From assembly GCF_001194135.2 (NCBI RefSeq), contig NC_069005.1, positions 24,508,859-24,541,061 on the forward strand: 32,203 nucleotides of DNA, in the 5' to 3' direction. The translations under genes and the position numbers were made by a program. Origin of the DNA: Octopus bimaculoides. Lineage: Eukaryota. Positions 23,060 to 32,203 of the stretch are shown here, piece by piece; the first letter of the stretch is position 1, and each line of letters opens with the position of its first letter. Under the pieces are notes generated by a model. That model saw only the letters and a list, made by a program, of their open reading frames with translations. It did not search any database and had not been told where the DNA came from.

Positions 23060-23184
23060 TTGCAGATCGAAAACGCTAAAGTCTCTTCACAGTCGGCCTG
23101 TTTTGATCCTGGTCTGCGCTTTAGTTGTTGTGGAATGTATTTGTGTCCTGGCCGAATTGATGGTCGATTTGCAGGCAATACGTT
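23060..23184 (+). CDS. HVCN1: Internal coding exon of a voltage-gated proton channel (Hv/HVCN1)-like voltage-sensor protein, S0-S1 helix; paralog unresolved
   Basis: A long poly-T tract ends in ttttacag| (AG at 23058-59) and a |GTAAGT donor starts at 23185. Phase 2 in, phase 1 out. Codons from 23061 read CRSKTLKSLHSRPVLILVCALVVVECICVLAELMVDLQAIR. This aligns without gaps to human Hv1 LFSSHRFQVIIICLVVLD112ALLVLAE119LILD123LKII (recalled from memory), with acidic residues at +0, +7 and +11. Confidence 0.75.
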
Positions 23185-23237
23185 GTAAGTAGATTATCGT
23201 CTTGTATGGTTTTTTTTTTTTTATCTATTACTTATGC

Positions 23238-23529
23238 CAGGGGTTTTCAAACTGTGGTCCGCAAGGACAAGACAGGGGGTCCGCAAGGACAAGACAGGGG
23301 GTCCGTGGACAGCAAATACTTTTTATGGGCAATTTGATTTTATATACGTTTTTTTAATCGAAATCTTTTAATTGACAATAAACCTATTTGTTAAATACTG
23401 TTAAATAAATAAATGTAAAAATATATGTTATTTTAAGCAAATATTTATGTATAAATTTCATAAGCGTTTATAAGGGGGTCCGCCTGAAATATAAAGGGGT
23501 CCGCGAGTCAAAAAGTTTGAAAACCCCTG
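23238..23529. mobile_element. hAT-superfamily MITE, 292 bp, intact
   Basis: TIRs are CAGGGGTTTTCAAAC and GTTTGAAAACCCCTG. There is a perfect 8-bp target-site duplication, ACTTATGC (23230-37 and 23530-37), sub-terminal GGTCCGC motifs, and an internal ~22-bp tandem duplication. Confidence 0.95.
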
Positions 23530-24849
23530 ACTTATGCATCTACGATTTATTACATACATCTTTTTCTTTCTTTCATTTCTCTCTCTATCATATCACCAAG
23601 TATGTGTACTTCAAAAGACGTATAAACGAATGTTCAGGATTGGTAATCTATTAAAAAAACAGGACTATATAGGAACGGTCATAACTTGAGTTGTTAGTAA
23701 GTTCTGGAATACTGCATTATTTTTATTAATAAATAACGTGTCCGTTCCACTACACTTCAGAGATACAATAGAATTGGATCAGCGAATGGGTTACAGAAGT
23801 ATGATGATGAAACTATGGCACTTCATAGAGTACATGATTACCTGTCCATGTTTTTGTGTCGATTACAACTTAAACATTACACTCATTTCTAATATAGAAT
23901 CATTTTTCAATTGAACAAGTCATTATAACATTTTTGTTATATAATGCTGAGTCAATCGTAAGTTTGCTAAAGTCCCCCTCACTGCTTCCATTTTTGTTTT
24001 CCTTGAAGAAAACTGACATTTCAAAAGTTTGAGGGGCACCTAGAAGGTTAGAAGGTCGTGAATACTACCCATCCTTCGTGGCTAAGCCATAAAGTAGTTT
24101 ATTGAAGCTAAATTGTTGTCTGTCATATAAAATAATGTCAGTCCTTTGGTAAAAGCTGATTGCTTCGTCTGTAAACTAAGGCTATGAAGATTTTTATCAT
24201 CATTTTCTAAAAGAGTTGGTTTTCATATCTGCACCGTAACATTTCTTTTAAGTTGCTTTCAGCATCTTGGCCATCATATATACTCTGTGGTGGAAATATT
24301 ATTCAAAAACAAAAGTGAGTCATTGTAGGCATCAATATGAGGGAGAAAGAGAAAGAGAGAGAAAGAGGTGAGAGGGTGAGAGATAGAGATAGAAATAAAG
24401 AGATTGGTTTTCTAATTTGATTCACACAGTCATTTTTCATCGCAGACATCGAACCATGATAGGACATCGCACCGTTCTACTTAAATATCATAGCCAATCC
24501 TGCTAGTGGAAATAAATTACAAGAATAAAAATAGCAGAAACACAATATAATGTCTGATTTCGAGATGGAGTATCACGTGTTCATCCTGCGAGAAAACAGC
24601 AGCAATATCTCTCAAATAGCATCCTATTGTGTTTAGAAAAGAAAGAGCACATTTGATAATGAACGCCTAAAAGGGAGGTAATAGACAGAAGTTTACTCAG
24701 GGTTCGCCGACCGCAATAAAATATTTTTTTCAGTGATATTAGATGTAATCTTTAACGTTGGTGTATGTTGCTATATTTTAGTGTTCGTTTAAGCTTGTGA
24801 TTTACACGATATACATACATACATACATACATAGGCATATACATATGTG

Positions 24850-24891
<42 letters not shown>

Positions 24892-25117
24892 NNNNNNNNN
24901 NNNNNNNNNNNNNNNNNNNNNNNNNNNNNNNNNNNNNNNNNNNNNNNNNNNNNNNNNNNNNNNNNNNNNNNNNNNNNNNNNNNNNNNNNNNNNNNNNNNN
25001 NNNNNNNNNNNNNNNNNNNNNNNNNNNNNNNNNNNNNNNNNNNNNNNNNNNNNNNNNNNNNNNNNNNNNNNNNNNNNNNNNNNNNNNNNNNNNNNNNNNN
25101 NNNNNNNNNNNNNNNNN

Positions 25118-25156
<39 letters not shown>

Positions 25157-25197
25157 TTATTCTACATTCTGCTCTGTTTTACGTGTGTAGCTCTCAT

Positions 25198-25465
25198 ATA
25201 TTGTGTTGCAATATTTTGGTAACTTAATTGCTTTATTCGTCAAGTTACAACAAAAGTAGCCTAGCATTCATTGTAGAGGCCATCGTGTTGCATTGTTTGA
25301 AGTCACCTTTCTGCCAATTCTTTGATCCCACACCGATACCAGCTCTTGTCCTTCGAGGCGAAGAACTCCATCACTGAAGCTTCCACATTTTCTTGGTTGA
25401 TGAAACGTCGAGAGCACAGGAAGCGAACCACAGATCGGAGCAAGTAATAACACGAGAAAGAGATA
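25198..25465 (-). mobile_element. Mariner transposase C-terminus plus right TIR
   Basis: Reads YYLLRSVVRFLCSRRFINQENVEASVMEFFASKDKSWYRCGIKELAER*LQTMQHDGLY; TIR-like tattgtgttgcaatattttggtaac at ~25198. Confidence 0.85.
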
Positions 25466-25489
25466 TTTTCCCGCAACCCTAACTTGCTG

Positions 25490-25788
25490 AAGCCGTGATA
25501 ATCCACAACGAGTTTGCTCCGGACGATCGAACCATCGATGCCAGCCTGTATTCTAAACATCTGGAGCATGTATAAGCCATTGTGCGGCAAAATACCTGAC
25601 ATTGGTTAACTAAAAACTAGCTCTTCTGCAGCAAGACAACCAACGCAAAACCTTATACCGCTCGAACAAACCGGAATAAGCCCGGAGAACTTGAAGGAAT
25701 CGAACTAACACCACACCCAGCATATAGTCTGGACCTAGTTCCCTTGGGTTATTATTTGTTCCGATCCATGGCTCACGTCCTGTGCTCG
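25490..25788 (+). mobile_element. Mariner transposase catalytic-domain fragment
   Basis: Reads VIIHNEFAPDDRTIDASLYSKHLEHV...LLQQDN..AKPYTART...ELEGIELTPHPAYSLDLVPLGYYLFRSMAHVLCS (HDNARPH and HPPYSPDLAPSDY motifs). Confidence 0.85.
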
Positions 25789-25789
25789 T

Positions 25790-26630
25790 AAGGTTTAACC
25801 ATGCCTATTATCTTCCATTCTATGATAAAGTTAGTGTTTCTATTCTTTAGGGACCATACAAACACACTTAAACTCCTGCTTAAGGACTTGCCAGTTAAAG
25901 GACTTGCCAGAGTCGCTTTGAAATTCATCGGGAATGTTCCAATATAAAATTTCGCTTGATGTAACCCTACACCTGTACGCTATATTTTCCCCCCAGAGTT
26001 TGAGCGCTTAAGGGGCAGACCGCAGGAAAATAGTTAATGATGATGATGATGATGATGATGATGTTCACGTACACCAAGCCGAAAAGGCAGCTAAGTCAAC
26101 TTGGGAGATTTTGAATATAGCACTTGCAGACGATGACAAAGAAACGTACACTAAAATGGAGGCAAGATGTGGAAGGGAGACAACCGTTACAATTCCAACC
26201 TAGTTAGACCAGAAACAACAAACGGTAGCCAAAGTAACACGGAAACTCATGACTATTGCCGAAATGTAAACGCTAGTAGATCCATCGAGAGAAAAAGAAA
26301 CAGAAAGTGTATCTAATTCTGATCTTATTAATACAGGCAGAGATAGTACTGATAAAAATGTCGCTGTAGCAAGAATAAAATTTGCTCTCTAAACGCTCAA
26401 TACCTGAGGAAAAATATAGTGTACAAGTTTAGGGTTACATCAGGTGGAATTTCGCATTTTTTTATTGGGGTATGCTTGACAAATTTCAAGGCGGGACTGG
26501 CAAATTCTTTAGTTTCATTTAAAGATAGAGAGAAAATTTAAAGAACGAGCTTAGGTATTTATCTGGTCCCTAAAGGATAGAACCACTAACTTTTATGTAG
26601 AATGGGAAATAACATGCGTGGCTAAACCTT
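25790..26630. mobile_element. Foldback/MITE-like element with ~220-240-bp imperfect terminal inverted repeats
   Basis: 25790-26010 is the diverged reverse complement of ~26388-26630. Examples: aaggtttaaccatgc...aaagttagtg versus cactaac...gcgtggctaaacctt, and gatgtaaccct...gctatattttcc versus ggaaaaatatag...agggttacatc. The spacer contains (GAT)n. No TSD was seen. Confidence 0.7.
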
Positions 26631-27471
26631 GGATAGTTGGGGGGAGGGAGATCCAATTAATGTATAGAAAAATATTCCATATTTTCTCGTCTAAACACCA
26701 GTTGTTTAAATAGTAGGCAGAAACAAGCCCTAAGACGTCCACGTCTTTCCAGAAGGGCATTGAAATACTTCCAATGAATAGATTTTTAATTAAATAAGCA
26801 CCACGTAAATAGGAGGTGCTTATGTTTACATGGTAAATGTCAGTGTAATATCTACTTTGCCTATATCAAGTAGTAATTAGTATTTTCCATACGTAAAACT
26901 ACATATATAAAAATTCTTGCAACATATCATAGGACGACGAAACTACATGTAAATTAAAACTTGATTTATACTAACACAGACTCAGGTGGCCTCACAAGTA
27001 AGTTCTACATGTCTTGTATACCTAAATTATATCTGAATTAGTAACCAGTAACTGTACACAATGTCTCTGAAACTTATTAATCTCTAATCCACCTAAGGAT
27101 TGTGGTTAAAAAATATACACTAACCTAATTTAAAGTCTAGCAATCTTGATTTGAAATCTAAACCTAGGGTCATTATGGGGTCAACGTGGTAGCAGTTTTT
27201 ATGGTTGTATCAGGTTTCCAAATGTTCCATTCACATACTTTACGCTCTAAACCTATAGTCATCTACCAAATATAATGCTAGAAGAACCTAGATATCCTTA
27301 GCTCGCTTCAGACCACGTCAGTGGCTGAACCTTGAATGAAGTTGTAAAGACTAATAACCAGATGAATGTAAATGAGTGCAAATGTAATTGCTTGATGTCC
27401 ATGTAGCAGAAACATGCGTCGGACATATTTAAATCAAATATGTTGCATAGTGTAGATGTATTAATCTCCGT

Positions 27472-27840
27472 GTGGAGGCGCAATGGTCCAGTGGTTAGGG
27501 CAGCGGACTCGCGGTCGTAGAATCGCGGTTTCGATTCCCAGACCGGGCGTTGTGAGTGTTTATTGAGCGAAAACACCTAAAGCTCCACAAGGCTCCGGCA
27601 GGGGATGGGTGGCGAACCCTGCTGTACTCTTTCACCACAACTTTCTCTTACTTCCTGTTTCTGTTGTGCTTGTAATTCAAAGAGTCAGCCTTGTCACACT
27701 GTGTCACGCTGAATATCCCCGAGAACTACGTTAAGGGTACACGTGTCTGTGGAGTGCTCAGCCACTTGCACGTTAATTTCACGAGCAGGCTGTTCCATTG
27801 ATCGGATCAACTGGAACCCTCGACGTCGTAAGCGACGGAG
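27472..27840 (+). mobile_element. tRNA-derived SINE family D, 3' end lost in a gap
   Basis: GTGGAGGCGCAATGGTCCAGTGGTTAGGGCAGCGGACTCGCGG...GGTTTCGATTCCCAGACCGG head; colinear with 17478-17862. Confidence 0.9.
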
Positions 27841-28044
27841 NNNNNNNNNNNNNNNNNNNNNNNNNNNNNNNNNNNNNNNNNNNNNNNNNNNNNNNNNNNN
27901 NNNNNNNNNNNNNNNNNNNNNNNNNNNNNNNNNNNNNNNNNNNNNNNNNNNNNNCGCTTCCTTTAATCTTTAGTAAGGGGTAACTGGTTGAGCATTTCAC
28001 AAATAAGTATACCCTTGTAATTCTCAGTCTAAATCGGGGTTATA

Positions 28045-28082
<38 letters not shown>

Positions 28083-29313
28083 CTGTGTGTGATACAAGGT
28101 TATATCCTTTGAATTACAGATGCAATCCGACCGACGGTCTTCTGCACAGTTACTTTCGACCGAGGCCATAGAAAATTATATATGCCCAAGATGTTATATT
28201 TTTATTATCCTCATCTCAGAGGATTAGCTACTGTACTTCGTTCACTGGGATGTAGTGTGTGCATGTTCAAGATCAATCATACGCACTTTCTTTTTTAATG
28301 AAAATAATGATGTATCGCAGTATATGTTAAAGAATGACTGAGTTGTGCTGTAGCAGAATGATAAAATATATTGTGTCTTCGTGGTTGTTCCATAGTTAAG
28401 TGACTTCAAAGCGTTTATTGTATGTATTATTCTTCCAGCAATTGAAATAATTTCAATAATAGTTCTTGACTTGTTAATTCAGTATACTGGATCAAGGCAT
28501 TTCTCCGCCAAATATATGTCTATATCCCATTGTGCAGACGACAAAAAAAGCAACATTTTAACTGTTAACAAATTGATCTTTAACTCTATAGAGGACGTAA
28601 TGAACGACATTTTAAAAGGGTTATATTACTTGTAGCAGATCTTTGCCAGCAGGACAAAAGCAAAAATCAATTACTAATGTGGTACCCCACTAATGACTGA
28701 TAAAAAGTAATTGGTGATGCGATATAAGATAAAGATTACTCTAACATTAATAGCTTCGGCAATTCTCAGTTCTATCAAATGGTTTATTGTCTCACTAAAC
28801 GAGAAACAGCTTGTCATTAACTTTATTTGCAAAAAAGATCCTCGTTTATAGAACAGTTTTGTCTCTGTGAGAACTATTTGCTCAACACCGTTTAAAGAGG
28901 TTAAAAGTGAGATTTATGTTCTTGAAATTAAGACATTACTTCGCTTACCTTGCGCAGAACTATTGATTCCTGGAGAATATCTAAAGCAAATCATTCTAAG
29001 AGTTTACTCAGCTGAAGGGAAAGAATTTATTAATTCCATTAGTTTCGATGGTAATGAGTAATAAATATGATAATGGATTTAAGAATACTCTTCAACATCA
29101 CAATTCAACAATGAGAGGATATAGCAAACCCTTGTTTGATATTGCCTGGTTCATTTATGAAGCATTCGTTTGTTAGAGTTTGAACTTTGGTTAGTTATTT
29201 AAGATTAAAATTCTTCCAATCATCTATAGCATAAAACATTATGACCAAATTTCAGAAATTTATGTATGCATCAATTTATATATATGTATAATGTATATGT
29301 GTATATACATACC

Positions 29314-29357
<44 letters not shown>

Positions 29358-29731
29358 NNNNNNNNNNNNNNNNNNNNNNNNNNNNNNNNNNNNNNNNNNN
29401 NNNNNNNNNNNNNNNNNNNNNNNNNNNNNNNNNNNNNNNNNNNNNNNNNNNNNNNNNNNNNNNNNNNNNNNNNNNNNNNNNNNNNNNNNNNNNNNNNNNN
29501 NNNNNNNNNNNNNNNNNNNNNNNNNNNNNNNNNNNNNNNNNNNNNNNNNNNNNNNNNNNNNNNNNNNNNNNNNNNNNNNNNNNNNNNNNNNNNNNNNNNN
29601 NNNNNNNNNNNNNNNNNNNNNNNNNNNNNNNNNNNNNNNNNNNNNNNNNNNNNNNNNNNNNNNNNNNNNNNNNNNNNNNNNNNNNNNNNNNNNNNNNNNN
29701 NNNNNNNNNNNNNNNNNNNNNNNNNNNNNNN

Positions 29732-30036
29732 GTTCCCCTCCGAGGGCACAAGTCTGGGCAAGGTTGTTTTTGTGGAAGGCCAGCAGTTTTTGTGGAAGTC
29801 CATGCATACCAGTCTCCCCTGTCTACGCCACTGGTGTTATCCAAGGGAAAGGCAAAGGGGCCGATACAGCTTGGCACCAGTGACGTCGCAGCTCATTTCT
29901 ACAGCTGAGAGAGCTGGTCCAACGTGAAATGAAGTGTCTTGCTTAAGAACACAATACACAACCTGGTCTGGGTGTTGAATTCATTACCTCATGATAGTGA
30001 GCCCGACACTCTAACTACTGAGCCATGCGCCTTCAC
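29732..30036 (-). mobile_element. tRNA-derived SINE family E (CORE/Meta-like central domain)
   Basis: The reverse complement head is gtgaaggcgcatggctcagtagttagagtg...gaattcaacaccc, then cttaagcaagacacttcatttcacgttgg...cagctgtagaaatgag. It is truncated by the gap. Confidence 0.75.
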
Positions 30037-30045
30037 TCTCTATAT

Positions 30046-30362
30046 AGTGTTGTGTGGTAAAAAGCTTGCTTCCCAATCACATTGTTCCGGGTTCAGTCCC
30101 ACTTCGTGGCACCTTGGGCAAGTGTCTTCTACTCGGGCCGACCAAAGCCTTTTGAGTGGATTTGGTAGATGAAAATTGAAAGAAGCCCGTCGTATGCTGG
30201 TGTGTTTACGTCCCCGTAACTTAGCAGTTCGGCAAAATAGACCGATAGAATAAGTACCAGGCTTACAAAGAATAAGTCCTGGTGTCGATTTTCTCGACTA
30301 AAAGGCGGTGCGCCAGCATGGCCACAGTCAAATGACTGAAACAATTAAAAGAGTAAAAGAGT
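30046..30362 (+). mobile_element. SINE family A copy lacking the internal microsatellite segment
   Basis: gaagcccgtcgtat is joined directly to gctggtgtgtttacgtcccc; the rest is colinear with 9545-9960. Confidence 0.9.
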
Positions 30363-31377
30363 ATATATATATATGGGAGAATGTACGAAAAAACAACAAC
30401 NNNNNNNNNNNNNNNNNNNNNNNNNNNNNNNNNNNNNNNNNNNNNNNNNNNNNNNNNNNNNNNNNNNNNNNNNNNNNNNNNNNNNNNNNNNNNNNNNNNN
30501 NNNNNNNNNNNNNNNNNNNNNNNNNNNNNNNNNNNNNNNNNNNNNNNNNNNNNNNNNNNNNNNNNNNNNNNNNNNNNNNNNCAACAGAAAGACTACGGAG
30601 ACAAGGAGAAAAACACGGAGAAAAAAAATTGAATAGTGTTCGGTCAACGGTCAATCATAGCTATGGCTGACGGGAAGTTAGAAATTTTACACAGGAGAGC
30701 TAAGAAAAGGGGGAGATAACAAAAGGGGGAGAAAGAACGGTGATCGAAGAACGAGGGGCTGTGTGTGCGAGAGATAGAATGCTGGTGATCTTGACGTATG
30801 CATGTGTGAAAATGGGGAGGGGAGAAAGGAGTTGGTCAGTTGTAGTGTGTGCGTGGTGTGATGTGAGGGTGTTGGGAGGTGGGGAAGGCATAGGTGGAGT
30901 GTGGGTTAGGCTGATGTATATATATATATAGATATATATATATATATACACACACATAAACATTATGTATGTATGTATGTATGTACAATGAGAGGGAGAT
31001 AGACAAGCAGACAGACAGACAGACAGATAGATAGAAAGATATTAATGTTTGTTTTTATGTTTATTTATAACAAAAAAAAATCAATTTTACATTATTAACC
31101 TAATGGGTTACCCCGTGCTTTTGTAGAGTATAAATTCATTATTCTTATATAAGAATGTTGTTGACAGCGACTTCGAAGTGTCGGCCATTCTTGTACAGGA
31201 ATAAGTAGATAGAAAGATAAATTGATTGATTGATCGATTGATTGATTGATTGATAGAGTGAGAATGCAATCACTCACACAAATTAGTATAAGCTAAATGT
31301 AAAGTGAGGTTTTAAATGAATTTAAAAAAATACATTCCTCATCTCTCTCTCTCCTTCACATCATTTCTCACTCCATT

Positions 31378-31465
<88 letters not shown>

Positions 31466-32066
31466 ATCCTTTTTAGTACAATACTAACCTTGAAGGATTC
31501 CTTAAAAATTTCTAAGCCTATCTGTCAATGTTCACAAAAAGTCCATTGTGTCTTCCTGGCACCCCAATCTATCGATCAGTCCTCATTGTTAAAACATATA
31601 TAAATTGTGTTATATCTACATTTAACACGATCTTCAAAGTCAATAAACCTTTTCAACGAATATATACACGAGATTTCCGACATTTAATTTGAGAAACGGG
31701 CAGAACACAAAAGCGCAACCGGATATACGTGTATATGTATATGCACTTGTGCATGTATATATGAATATATATATGTAAGTCTGTATGCATGTACGCGTGT
31801 GTATGCAGGTATACATATATCTCTGTGTGTGTATGTGCGCGTATACAATTCTCTGGTGTATTTTACACGCATATATATATTAGATATATATCTATATGTT
31901 GTATTCTGTTTATTTTTCTGTCAGCCTATTTATAGCCATCACTTTATCTCCTACACACACTCTTCCTCTTTTACTCTCTCTCTCTCCTTCTTCCCCCCCC
32001 CCGCTCTGTATATTTCTCTGTTCTCTTTCTCTCTCTCTCACAGTATATGTGTATATAGATATGTGT

Positions 32067-32112
<46 letters not shown>

Positions 32113-32203
32113 GTACATGCGCCAATATATGTGCCTATATACAGATACACGCATATATACCCGCATATATACACATTTGAGTGTATGTGTGTATATATAT
32201 ATA

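Larger units (their letters stand above)
1103..32203. repeat. Dispersed simple-sequence repeats and 12 assembly gaps
   Basis: (CA/TG)n, (TA)n, (GA/TC)n, (ATAC)n, (ATCT)n, (AAT)n and (GAT)n tracts occur throughout. N-gaps: 1277-1671, 2500-2748, 12747-13606, 14363-14456, 16168-16443, 17136-17145, 18007-18446, 19142-19241, 24892-25117, 27841-27954, 29358-29731, 30401-30581. Most abut microsatellites or repeats. Confidence 0.95.

Noticed and set aside
27472-27550. tRNA-like sequences at the SINE heads (also 4560-4618, 9545-9600, 17790-17862, 29970-30036)
   Set aside because: They have A/B boxes but no intact cloverleaf, and they run into shared SINE bodies, so they are not tRNA genes.
28867-29061. 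ORF containing QIILRVYSAEGKEFINSISFDG, with AG/GT sites, faintly like the Hv S2-S3 linker
   Set aside because: The would-be S2 helix contains Pro, Glu and Lys. Direct splicing from 23184 to the 28959 acceptor creates TAA. The similarity is too weak, though worth rechecking once the mRNA is known.
31482-31500. Perfect TACTAAC branch-point motif near AG dinucleotides
   Set aside because: There is no polypyrimidine tract between the motif and the AG, and no Hv-like or other recognisable reading frame downstream.
1082-32180. Dozens of long ORFs in the supplied track (poly-IY, CV, L, Y, X)
   Set aside because: They are translations of microsatellites, the 25-bp minisatellite, N-gaps or antisense SINE sequence. 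They have no splice or protein-family support.

Overview
This is AT-rich, repeat-dense animal genomic DNA from a gapped short-read scaffold (12 N-gaps). The SINE families and microsatellite load point to a cephalopod, probably Octopus (inference). Most of the window is intron-like: several tRNA-derived SINE families, decayed mariner, RTE, L1/Tx1 and R4/Dong-like fragments, an intact hAT MITE, a long inverted-repeat element, and mini/microsatellites. Nearly all ORFs in the supplied track are artefacts of repeats or gaps. Two signals absent from the ORF track stand out. (1) A 125-nt + strand exon (23060-23184) encodes the S0-S1 segment of a voltage-gated proton channel (Hv/HVCN1)-like protein, with Glu at the position of the Asp112 selectivity filter; a phase-compatible candidate start exon lies at ~9035-9396. 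(2) A ~195-bp zero-loop palindrome (16444-16639) has a minimal type I hammerhead ribozyme fold in each arm, with a compensatory G3-C8 core (GUGAACA instead of CUGANGA), suggesting a Penelope/retrozyme-like self-cleaving repeat. Everything here was read by eye; no database searches or folding programs were run.
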